Shown here: positions 39,732 to 47,806 of the stretch, in pieces | Numbering within the stretch: the first letter of the stretch is position 1 | Layout of the letters: every line of letters starts with the position of its first letter | Source of the DNA: Spirochaetia bacterium | Lineage (GTDB): Bacteria > Spirochaetota > Spirochaetia > SZUA-6 > Bin103 | Assembly: GCA_965203055.1 (NCBI GenBank) | Contig: OZ241863.1 | Coordinates: 3,616,001 to 3,680,000, forward strand | Length of the DNA: 64,000 bases | Direction: 5' to 3' | Translations under genes and position numbers: made by a program | Notes under the pieces: model-generated | Databases searched by the model: none | What the model was told of the DNA's origin: nothing | The model's input: the letters and a program-made list of their open reading frames with translations, nothing else

Positions 39732-39754
39732 TATAGTTGCGTCCCCGGGACGCA
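39732..39754 (+). promoter_or_regulatory. -10-like TATAGT plus palindrome (copy B)
   Basis: Identical to 37926-37948. Confidence 0.45.
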
Positions 39755-39798
39755 GCCGATCGACCACTCCACGCTCACCTCGCATGAAGGAGGGTAGT

Positions 39799-41421
39799 AT
39801 GTCCGAAGCTGCAGGATGGGATGCTTACTTCGAACTCGTAAAGACCCGCAAATGGGATGAGGTCGAGCCGTTGCTGGAGTATAAGCGTGCCACTGAACGG
39901 TACTTGCGATTAGTGACCAACGAGGTGCTGTCCAGCAACGAAAACTGGATCAAAAACGCAGCTAAAGATGACCGGCAAAACTTGGAATTTTGCGGCGGTC
40001 AGAGAATGGCAGCTCTGGCCAAATGGTATGACGAAGAGCCGGAACGAGTAGCGGCGGTGCTGAGGGAGCTTTGGGCCTCGTACAATGGATTGCCTGAAAG
40101 GTTACCGCCGAGGGATGAGGTGTTCACACGGATTCGCATATTCGCCAATCAGTTGCCGAGCGTCGACAAGAATCTCCGCGGCCCGGGAGGGCGTATGGGA
40201 CTGATCGCCGCCCTGCTTATGAGGATATCGGCTGAACATTACCCTCCGTTCGGCGTGGACATGTTCCAAAAGGCATACAAGATTACGGGCCACCCACAGC
40301 CACCACCCAAGGCGGACGAGGCGATTCTGTATAAGTACGCGTTGGAGTTCCTCGACAAGTTCGTCGAGGAAGCTCGGGCGCGTAGACTCGATTGGCCACG
40401 CAACCTCCTGGAAGCACAGTCGGTAGTCTACATGCTCCGTAAGAACGATCCCAAGAACCTGCGCAGTGTCCGAATAGTGCCGGAGGTCGACGAGACCGAT
40501 CCTGACTTCGATCCGCTACCGAAGGTCCGGTTGCAGGGTCTCGCCGATGAGTTGCTCATCGAGCGTGCCTTTCTTGGTCGTATCGAGAAGCTGCTGGCCG
40601 ACAAGCGGCAGGTCGTGTTCCAGGGGCCGCCGGGAACGGGAAAGACCTATGTCGCGCGGAAGTTGGCGGAGTGTCTGGCGGGGTCGGCGGAACGCGTCCG
40701 GCTGGTGCAGTTCCATCCGTCCTATGCCTACGAGGACTTCGTGCAGGGCTTCCGCCCGTGTTTGCGGGACGGGCAGCCGGGCTTCGAACTCACCGGCGGA
40801 CCGCTGCTCGCCGCGGCCGAACAGGCGCGGGCGGAGCCGGACGAGAGGCACTTCCTGGTCATCGACGAGATCAACCGCGGCAACCTCTCCAAGGTGTTCG
40901 GCGAGCTCTACTTCCTGCTCGAATACCGCAACGAGGAGATGAGCCTTCAGTACTCCGCCAAGCCCTTCTCCCTGCCCGACAACCTGTACTTGATCGGCAC
41001 GATGAATACCGCCGACCGCTCCATCGCACTGGTAGACCTGGCGCTGCGCCGCCGATTCCACTTCGTGGAGTTTCACCCCGACAAGCCGCCGGTCGCCGGC
41101 CTGCTCGACCGCTGGCTGGCGAAGCATGCCGCCGAGTGGGCCTGGCTGGCCGCCGCCGTCGACCGCGCGAATGAGAAGTTGAGCGACCGGCAGGCGGCGA
41201 TCGGGCCGAGCTACTTCATGAAGCGGGACCTCGACGACGAGATGGTCCGTCTGATCTGGGAGCACAACGTGCTGCCCTACGTCGAGGAGCACCTGTACGG
41301 GGAGCACGATCGGTTGCGCGAATTCGATCTGGACGCACTTCGGAAGGAGCTGGGCGAAGGCGCGAACCGGGACGGCGGCGCGCCGCCCGCGGACGACGGC
41401 CCGGAAGATGAGACAGATTGA
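39799..41421 (+). CDS. mcrB: McrB-family AAA+ GTPase, copy 2
   Basis: Same GTPase motifs as copy 1; diverged N-terminal domain; AAGGAGG RBS. Confidence 0.93.
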   Translation: MSEAAGWDAYFELVKTRKWDEVEPLLEYKRATERYLRLVTNEVLSSNENWIKNAAKDDRQNLEFCGGQRMAALAKWYDEEPERVAAVLRELWASYNGLPERLPPRDEVFTRIRIFANQLPSVDKNLRGPGGRMGLIAALLMRISAEHYPPFGVDMFQKAYKITGHPQPPPKADEAILYKYALEFLDKFVEEARARRLDWPRNLLEAQSVVYMLRKNDPKNLRSVRIVPEVDETDPDFDPLPKVRLQGLADELLIERAFLGRIEKLLADKRQVVFQGPPGTGKTYVARKLAECLAGSAERVRLVQFHPSYAYEDFVQGFRPCLRDGQPGFELTGGPLLAAAEQARAEPDERHFLVIDEINRGNLSKVFGELYFLLEYRNEEMSLQYSAKPFSLPDNLYLIGTMNTADRSIALVDLALRRRFHFVEFHPDKPPVAGLLDRWLAKHAAEWAWLAAAVDRANEKLSDRQAAIGPSYFMKRDLDDEMVRLIWEHNVLPYVEEHLYGEHDRLREFDLDALRKELGEGANRDGGAPPADDGPEDETD

Positions 41422-42637
41422 CCTGCGAGAATACGAGCGTAGCGAGCCGGTTGCGCTCGCGATCGACGAGCGTGACCGGTTGGCCGAGGCGCTCCGCGGG
41501 TCGATCACCATCGAGCCTGCGCCCGGCGCGGAGGACCGGTACTTCCTGACGCCGGGCTCCACCATCGGCGCGCTCGAAATCGGCGGCCTGTCGGTATCGA
41601 TCCGTCCCAAGCTGTCCATCTCGCGCGTGCTCTTTCTGGCGTCCTACGCCGCCGACAGGATCGAGCTGCGGGACCGCTTCGACTTCAGGGACGTGCAGGA
41701 CGTCGTGGAGCTGTTGGCGCTGCAGCTCGAGGCGGCCGCGCGGCAGGCGTTCGCCGCCGGACTGCTGCACGGGTATCGGACCGAGCAGGAAGCGCTGCAT
41801 ACCGTTCGCGGCCGCATCCGCGTCGAGGAGCAGCTCCGGCGCCGGTTCGGCCTCCCCGTGCCGCTGGAAGTCCAATACGACGAGTTCACGGACGACGTTA
41901 CGGCGAACCGGCTGGTGAAGGCGGCCGCCGCACGGCTCGCGCGGATGCGCACCCGCGCGCCCCGGTCGCGCGCCGGCCTGGCGTGGATCGGCGCGCGGCT
42001 CGATGCCGTGTCGCTGGTCGAGTACCCCGCGAACGCCGTGCCGGCGGTCGCGTTCGACCGGTTGAACCGCCACTACCGCCAAGTCGTGAAACTGTCCCAA
42101 CTCATCCTGCGGCAGCGGTCCTTCGATGCCGGCCGCGGCGGCGTCCACGCGGCGGGCTTTCTGATGGACATGAACGTGATCTTCCAGGAATTCGTCACGC
42201 GCGCGCTCCGGGACGCGCTGCATGTTTCGGAGCGCGTGTTCCGCTCCGATGACCAGCTCCGGCGGGTAACGCTGGACGAAGCCGGAAAGGTAGGGCTCCG
42301 GCCCGACCTGACGTGGTGGGACGGCGCGCGCTGCACGTTCGCCGGCGACGTCAAGTACAAGAGGATCAGGGACGCGCACGTGCCCAACGCCGACCTGTAC
42401 CAGCTCCTGGCCTACGTCACCGCGCTCGATCTGCCGGGCGGGCTGCTGATCTATGCGCAGGGCGAAGACGATCCGGCGTCACATCGGGTCCGTCACTCGG
42501 GGAAGCTGCTGGAGGTCGAAGCCCTCGACCTGTCCGGGACGCCGGCGGCCCTGCTCGCCAGGATCGATCAATTGGCGGACCAAGCCCGCACCCTGCGCGC
42601 CGCAGCCGTCCAACGCCTCGAACGCCGCGCGGCGTGA
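41408..42637 (+). CDS. mcrC: McrC-family restriction nuclease subunit
   Basis: DEFTDDVTANR, FLMDMNVIFQEFV, PD-(D/E)XK core LRPDL...DVKYK, ADLYQLLAY. Confidence 0.92.
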   Translation: MRQIDLREYERSEPVALAIDERDRLAEALRGSITIEPAPGAEDRYFLTPGSTIGALEIGGLSVSIRPKLSISRVLFLASYAADRIELRDRFDFRDVQDVVELLALQLEAAARQAFAAGLLHGYRTEQEALHTVRGRIRVEEQLRRRFGLPVPLEVQYDEFTDDVTANRLVKAAAARLARMRTRAPRSRAGLAWIGARLDAVSLVEYPANAVPAVAFDRLNRHYRQVVKLSQLILRQRSFDAGRGGVHAAGFLMDMNVIFQEFVTRALRDALHVSERVFRSDDQLRRVTLDEAGKVGLRPDLTWWDGARCTFAGDVKYKRIRDAHVPNADLYQLLAYVTALDLPGGLLIYAQGEDDPASHRVRHSGKLLEVEALDLSGTPAALLARIDQLADQARTLRAAAVQRLERRAA

Positions 42638-42717
42638 CCGGCTAGTCGCCGGGGCGTCGCTGCGGACGCGGAACATTGGGGGCGCTGAAGGAGCGTTCGT
42701 CGCCGCAGCCCTGTTCG

Positions 42718-43251
42718 TCAGGTGCTGCCTGCTCCGAGTCGACCGAGCTCGTTCTTGAAGCGGGCGATTACCCGTTCGTTGACGTGCAATGGGTTCGATT
42801 CCTGCATCTTGTGGGCGATAGCCGTGGCTCGCTGCGGAGTGACCGCTCCGGCGGCAACGACGTCCACCAGAAGACGAAGCCCGAAGCGGGCCCGGACCGC
42901 GCGGCGCTCGCACAGCCGGCGGAGTGCCGGGTCATTGGTAACGCAGGTCCACCCTTCCTCGCGGCACGTCACGAAGCAGAGACGGTCATTGAAGGACAAG
43001 GACACATCCATATCGACGCTGCCTGCCCTGAGCAGGCGGCTGGTGGCAACCTCGACGACGGAGACCGCCAAGCGCGTACAATCGGCTCGCGTCACCCCGT
43101 GCACCGCGTCCAACACCGGCGCGAGCACGGCCACGCGGCCGACGTGTTGGCCTATGAGCTTGAGCACCTCAAGATCGGAGTCGCGGTAATCGATGAAAAC
43201 GTCCGCGTCGACCAGGAGAACGGGGGGCGCGGATCGGTTCAGGTAGCCCAC
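42718..43251 (-). CDS. PIN-domain protein (putative nuclease toxin)
   Basis: LLVDADVFID, LSFND, VTNDPALR acidic PIN pattern; overlaps the XRE-peptidase 3' end. Confidence 0.78.
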   Translation of the reverse strand: MGYLNRSAPPVLLVDADVFIDYRDSDLEVLKLIGQHVGRVAVLAPVLDAVHGVTRADCTRLAVSVVEVATSRLLRAGSVDMDVSLSFNDRLCFVTCREEGWTCVTNDPALRRLCERRAVRARFGLRLLVDVVAAGAVTPQRATAIAHKMQESNPLHVNERVIARFKNELGRLGAGST

Positions 43252-44408
43252 TCACGAATGCGCTCCCGCATCTGCTCCTGGCTGAGGTTCAGGATTTCGG
43301 CGCCGCGCCCGATGGAGATACGCCCTTCCCGCAGCGCCTGGCGCACGAGGCGCGACAGACGATCTTCCATAAAATCATGCCGGGAAAGGCGGTCCGGCTC
43401 CCCCGAGCGGCCCCAATGCCAAGCGAACTCGCTCTGTCCCAGAGCGTGCGGCTCTTCGACCGTGCGCAACGTGCTCCCGGAGTACCGGCGATGTTGGGCA
43501 TGGAACGCTCCCCAGACATCGCTCGTTCCTCGCCCGGATTCGACCAGCCGGTAGAGCACCGTCTGGTAACTCACGCGGAACATCCGCTTGACCTTCAGCA
43601 CGCGCTCCAACAGCGAATGTCCCTCGGTCTGGTCCCACGCCGCCGCGAACGCCTCCTCCGGCATCAGGAACCGACTCGCGAAGGAGTCCGCTTCTCGTTC
43701 CGCCGTCGGATGGAGGTCGGTGGCGTCGCGCCGGTAATCGTCGGGGTGCAGCAACAGGTGACCCAACTCGTGGGCGGCCGTGAAGATCCAGCGCTCCACG
43801 GAGATCCGTTCCCAGGTATTCACCACCACGGCCGGGCCGCCGGCCCCGGTGCCGACGCTCAGCCCGAAGAACGAGTCGCGCCGGGTGTCCAGCAGCAGCA
43901 CCTTGACGCCGTGCCTCTCCAGCAGGCCGCAGATGTCCTGCACCGGCTCGCGTGTTCCGAGTCCGAACTTCTTGCGCGCGGCCTGTGCGACAGTAACGGC
44001 GTCATGGGCCGGGCCGGGAGGTTTCTTGACCGCGAACGGTTGAGGAGTGACGCCGAGATCAGCCTCCAGCGCGCAGTAGGCGTCGAGCCAGGTCGCAACC
44101 CGGGCCAGGATCTGCTCACGGGCGTGGACGCGCGTCCCCGCGCGAAACCGCACGCTCTCCAGGCGCCGCACCGGAGTCACCAGCTCGCCGACGGACACGC
44201 CGAGCACCTTGGCCAGCGCGGCCAGCGTCCGCGCCTGCGGCACCACCTCCCCGCGCTCGATCTTGCCCACGGACACCCGCGACAGCCCGGCCTCGCGGGC
44301 GAGCTCCGCCTGCGTGAGCTCACGGTCCAGCCGCAGCCGGGCGACGTTGGCCGCGACCCCAATTTCAGGCGCGTCTCCCTTGACAGCATCCCCTTCGACA
44401 GTTATCAT
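43239..44408 (-). CDS. XRE HTH + ImmA/IrrE (M78) metallopeptidase fusion
   Basis: LTQAELAREAGLSRVSVGKIERG; FTAAHELGH; EREADSFASRFLMP; start uncertain. Confidence 0.92.
   Translation of the reverse strand: MITVEGDAVKGDAPEIGVAANVARLRLDRELTQAELAREAGLSRVSVGKIERGEVVPQARTLAALAKVLGVSVGELVTPVRRLESVRFRAGTRVHAREQILARVATWLDAYCALEADLGVTPQPFAVKKPPGPAHDAVTVAQAARKKFGLGTREPVQDICGLLERHGVKVLLLDTRRDSFFGLSVGTGAGGPAVVVNTWERISVERWIFTAAHELGHLLLHPDDYRRDATDLHPTAEREADSFASRFLMPEEAFAAAWDQTEGHSLLERVLKVKRMFRVSYQTVLYRLVESGRGTSDVWGAFHAQHRRYSGSTLRTVEEPHALGQSEFAWHWGRSGEPDRLSRHDFMEDRLSRLVRQALREGRISIGRGAEILNLSQEQMRERIREWAT
44380..44408 (+). promoter_or_regulatory. Near-consensus sigma70 promoter, copy 1, overlapping the XRE gene start
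   Basis: TTGACA-17 bp-TATCAT. Confidence 0.7.
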
Positions 44409-44458
44409 ATACACAGATTCAGAAGAAATGACAATCTCAGAGACGGAGACAACACGTA

Positions 44459-44506
44459 ATGAGCACGACGATCACGTTCTTCCCAGTTGGCGACGGCGAC
44501 ATGACG
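44459..44506 (+). pseudogene. N-terminal remnant of a ComEC-like metallo-beta-lactamase-fold hydrolase
   Basis: GGAG RBS; MSTTITFFPVGDGDMT resembles the conserved first strand (F.VG.GD); similarity is lost afterwards and there is no HxHxDH. Confidence 0.55.
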
Positions 44507-44695
44507 TCCCGGATCATATCATCGGTGGCAGGCATCCGGCGGCTCCCGCATGAGGTGACGTCCAGCTCGCCGGCGGCGATGCCCGGCAGCTCGGCGGCAA
44601 CGCCGATCGACCACGCCGCGCTCACCGCGCACGATGAACCAAGCAGACCGGCGAGATAGGCCGGAAGGCAGCCGAATAGGGGAGAGGAGACATCG

Positions 44696-44812
44696 GTGAT
44701 ATTTGCACAGGCATTAGTCTTCGTTTCGTGGAAGATATACGAAACAGTCGCGTATTTTGCATACGTTGGCGTGGTTCGTATCGTTCAACTAGTTGAGTCG
44801 GTATTGTTGTGA
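44696..44812 (+). CDS. Putative 38-aa hydrophobic small protein
   Basis: GGAGAGGAG RBS + GTG; MIFAQALVFVSWKIYETVAYFAYVGVVRIVQLVESVLL; below the ORF-track cutoff. Confidence 0.3.
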   Translation: MIFAQALVFVSWKIYETVAYFAYVGVVRIVQLVESVLL

Positions 44813-44831
44813 ACAAGATCTTCGACGGCGG

Positions 44832-45041
44832 TCATGGCTTGCGCGGCGGCAGCAGCTTCTCGCCGGTGTACGCGTCCCAGGCGTTGCCGTCAGCGTCGAC
44901 GCGGACGAGGGTGTCCTCGTGACGCATCCCCCGCGCGGCATCCGCCCGGAGCTCCTCGATCGTGATCCCTCCGAGCGGGCGCCCGGAGTAATCGCTGTCT
45001 ACGGCTTGGGTTTCTTCGGCTTCTTCTTTCTGCTTGCCCAT
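44832..45041 (-). CDS. Small acidic hypothetical protein
   Basis: MGK...DSDYSGRPLGG start is homologous to 37116; overlaps its upstream ORF in the same way. Confidence 0.6.
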   Translation of the reverse strand: MGKQKEEAEETQAVDSDYSGRPLGGITIEELRADAARGMRHEDTLVRVDADGNAWDAYTGEKLLPPRKP

Positions 45042-45295
45042 CTGCGACTCATCAGGAGCTTATCGATCTCCTTCGCTATCGGCAAGAACTCGTCATACGG
45101 CCACTGCCTGATCCGCGTGGTCGGCTGTGCATGGGTGAGTATCTTGTCGAGCTGCGCCTTGAGGACCGATGACCCGCTCCGCCACGCAATGTACTGCGCA
45201 TACGCCCGCGCCCACAACTCGGCCTCGTGGGTCAGGTAGGCATTGCCGAGCTGCTGCAGGCGGCCCTTGACAGCATCTCCACCGCTGGTTATCAT
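44999..45295 (-). pseudogene. 5'-truncated ORF, possibly the C-terminal part of a zincin-like domain
   Basis: YL...ELWARAYAQYIA helix and QWPYDEF; 5' end runs into the duplicated promoter. Confidence 0.5.
45267..45295 (+). promoter_or_regulatory. Near-consensus sigma70 promoter, copy 2, upstream of nuclease-mcrB3-mcrC2
   Basis: TTGACA-17 bp-TATCAT with the same flanks as copy 1; AAGGAGG RBS downstream. Confidence 0.75.
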
Positions 45296-45336
45296 ATGGT
45301 CGATGATCGTTAAGATGATACAAGGAGGATAAGAGA

Positions 45337-45939
45337 ATGGCGCGGGTCGGAACCTTGCACCATCAGGTCGTTGACCAACTGATGAAACGGTTCTATGGCG
45401 GACCGTTGATAAACAACGTCTATCGGGGAGATTACGTCGAGGCACTGATCCTTTCCGCTTTGGGAGAAAAGTGGAAGCCTATTGGCGAGTGGGGCGGTTG
45501 GGACCTGGAAAGGGACGATGGCATCCGCTTGGAAGTCAAGCAGTCGGCGGCCCGGCAGCCCTGGCACGCTGCGGCGTCTGCCGGAAAGCCTTCCCGCTCC
45601 AGCTTCTACATCACTCCTCGTGGAGGGTACTACACCGATGCCGGATTTTGGAAGAGGTTTGATCCACCTGTCCGCTTTGCCGACATCTACGTCTTTGCCT
45701 GGCACCCGGAAAAGGCTCCCGACATTGCTGACCACCGTTGGGCCGAACAGTGGGAATTTTACGTGGTACGGGAGAGCAAGCTGCCGCCGAAGCCGCAAAG
45801 GACAAAGACGCAGAAAAGAAGTATCAGTACGGTCAAGAAACTGGCGGCGGCAGTTACCTATGACGAACTGGCCGCAAAGGTAACGGAATTGGCGGCGGAG
45901 ATTCCGCGTCGAGAGCTGAAAGCCAATCGGTTGAGGTAA
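45337..45939 (+). CDS. Putative PD-(D/E)XK nuclease
   Basis: RGDYVE helix, then WDL...IRLEVKQS catalytic pattern; strong RBS. Confidence 0.65.
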   Translation: MARVGTLHHQVVDQLMKRFYGGPLINNVYRGDYVEALILSALGEKWKPIGEWGGWDLERDDGIRLEVKQSAARQPWHAAASAGKPSRSSFYITPRGGYYTDAGFWKRFDPPVRFADIYVFAWHPEKAPDIADHRWAEQWEFYVVRESKLPPKPQRTKTQKRSISTVKKLAAAVTYDELAAKVTELAAEIPRRELKANRLR

Positions 45940-45985
45940 CGAAGGCCACCTCACATACACCGGCAATACCGAAGGAGGATAAGAA

Positions 45986-47806
45986 ATGGCGCGTTGGATC
46001 GGTCCCGGACCTGAATACGCTCATATCGGCTACGTTCTCGATGCAGTCGTAGTCTGGAAGGATCGGTGTTTCTTGAAAGATGGATCGGTGTTTACGGACG
46101 AATCGCTATGGACGCCGGCAAACGTCGAGGAGCTCGAGCAACTGGTGAAGGCGATGGACCGAAAAATGGGGGATATAAAGGACAACGAGTGGGAGATCCG
46201 TATATGGGAGCAACTCAAAGAGAAACTGACGGATGTCCGCCCGGAGTTGATCCATCTGGCCGCGGAGGCATTCTGGTTCACGTCGTTGTATCCCGATACG
46301 AGGGAGCCGAAATGGAAGCGCGGCCGCTTTAACGAGCTGTGGGAGATGGCTCAAGCCAACCCGATTGCCCAGAGCCGGAAGCATCTGATCGATGATGATC
46401 GGGTGCTGAGGGGTGTCGCGGTCGTTCATCCTCGACACTGGTGGCTCTACATTCCATTTCCCTATCTCTTGCGGATGGTTCGCTTGTGGAAGACGGAACC
46501 GCCCGGGGTTGACTTGGAACCGCCCTGGGGATTCATCCGCTGGCTGAATACGACGGTCGAATTCAATCCGAAGGCGCCGACGAAGATGCCGATGCGCCAT
46601 GCTATTCCCTACCTGCTGTTTCCGGACTACGTTGAGCGGGTCCAATCTTCAACAGATAAGCGTAATATCATCGCTGCGTTCGGAAAACCCGAAGACAAAG
46701 TGAAAACCGATGACGAAGTGATTTACGAGATACGCGAACATCTTGAGAAGGAACGGGGAACCAAGGAACTGGATTTCTACCATCCACCGCTCGCGGAAGA
46801 GTGGCCGCGATCCGAAAAGGAAGAACCTCAAGACGACGACACTAAACCCGAAAAGGCTCTGAATGTCATTCTGTATGGGCCGCCGGGAACCGGAAAGACC
46901 TACGAGACCGCTCAGCGGTGCGTCGAGATCTGCGATGGTGAGGCGAAGCCCAGCGAGATACGCAGTCGCTATCGGGAGCTGGTCGAAGCGGGGAGAATAG
47001 AGTTCATTACCTTCCACCAGTCCTACGGCTACGAGGAGCTCGTCGAAGGGCTGCGGCCGGAGACCGGAAGCGACGCCGGGATTCGTCTTGTCGCGACCGA
47101 CGGAGTGCTCAAGCGCATTGCCCGGCGCGCCCGGGAGAACGAGGGCGAGGCGCACGTGCTGGTGATCGACGAGATCAACCGCGCCAACGTGTCCAAGGTG
47201 ATGGGCGAGCTGATCACGCTGCTGGAGGAAGACAAGCGGCAGAATGCGGAGAACGAGGTCGCCGTGACGCTGCCGCACTCCGGCGAGCGCTTCACGCTGC
47301 CCGCGAACCTGCACTTGCTCGGCACCATGAACACCGCCGACCGTTCGATCGCGCTGCTCGACACGGCGCTGCGGCGGCGGTTCCAGTTCGTGGAGCTGGC
47401 GCCCGCTCCGGCTCTGCTGGAGGCGGCGGCCGAGGCTACGGGCGTCGCCCTCCCGGCGGTGCTCCAAGCCATGAACGACCGACTGGAATGGCTGCTCGAC
47501 CGCGATCACCTGATCGGCCACGCCTGGTTCATGGCCGCCCGCACCAAAGCGGACGTGGACGAGGTGATGCGCCGCAAGATCATTCCGCTGCTGGCCGAGT
47601 ACTTCTACGAGGATTGGGGAAAGGTCCGCGCCGTACTTGGCGGCGGCGATGACTTCGTACGGGGGGAGCGGCTGAAGCCGCCGCCGAACCTCGCTGATGA
47701 CGGCTATGAGGAGGAACGGCGGCGCTGGGGGGTCGTGCCCCACGAGTTCGCGGACGGCGCCTATGACCGTTTGGTCGGGGGACGACCGGCGGACGATGCC
47801 GAATAG
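45986..47806 (+). CDS. mcrB: McrB-family AAA+ GTPase, copy 3 (different lineage)
   Basis: YGPPGTGKT, ITFHQSYGYEE, IDEINRAN, MNTADRS, IGHAWF. Confidence 0.93.
   Translation: MARWIGPGPEYAHIGYVLDAVVVWKDRCFLKDGSVFTDESLWTPANVEELEQLVKAMDRKMGDIKDNEWEIRIWEQLKEKLTDVRPELIHLAAEAFWFTSLYPDTREPKWKRGRFNELWEMAQANPIAQSRKHLIDDDRVLRGVAVVHPRHWWLYIPFPYLLRMVRLWKTEPPGVDLEPPWGFIRWLNTTVEFNPKAPTKMPMRHAIPYLLFPDYVERVQSSTDKRNIIAAFGKPEDKVKTDDEVIYEIREHLEKERGTKELDFYHPPLAEEWPRSEKEEPQDDDTKPEKALNVILYGPPGTGKTYETAQRCVEICDGEAKPSEIRSRYRELVEAGRIEFITFHQSYGYEELVEGLRPETGSDAGIRLVATDGVLKRIARRARENEGEAHVLVIDEINRANVSKVMGELITLLEEDKRQNAENEVAVTLPHSGERFTLPANLHLLGTMNTADRSIALLDTALRRRFQFVELAPAPALLEAAAEATGVALPAVLQAMNDRLEWLLDRDHLIGHAWFMAARTKADVDEVMRRKIIPLLAEYFYEDWGKVRAVLGGGDDFVRGERLKPPPNLADDGYEEERRRWGVVPHEFADGAYDRLVGGRPADDAE

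Larger units (their letters stand above)
39610..41488 (+). repeat. Tandem duplication copy B (leader + mcrB2 + mcrC 5' end)
   Basis: See copy A. Confidence 0.92.

Noticed and set aside
37792..45297. CRISPR array or integron attC cassette array as the explanation for the repeats
   Set aside because: No regular short repeat-spacer period, no clear attC core sites, and no cas or integrase gene in the window
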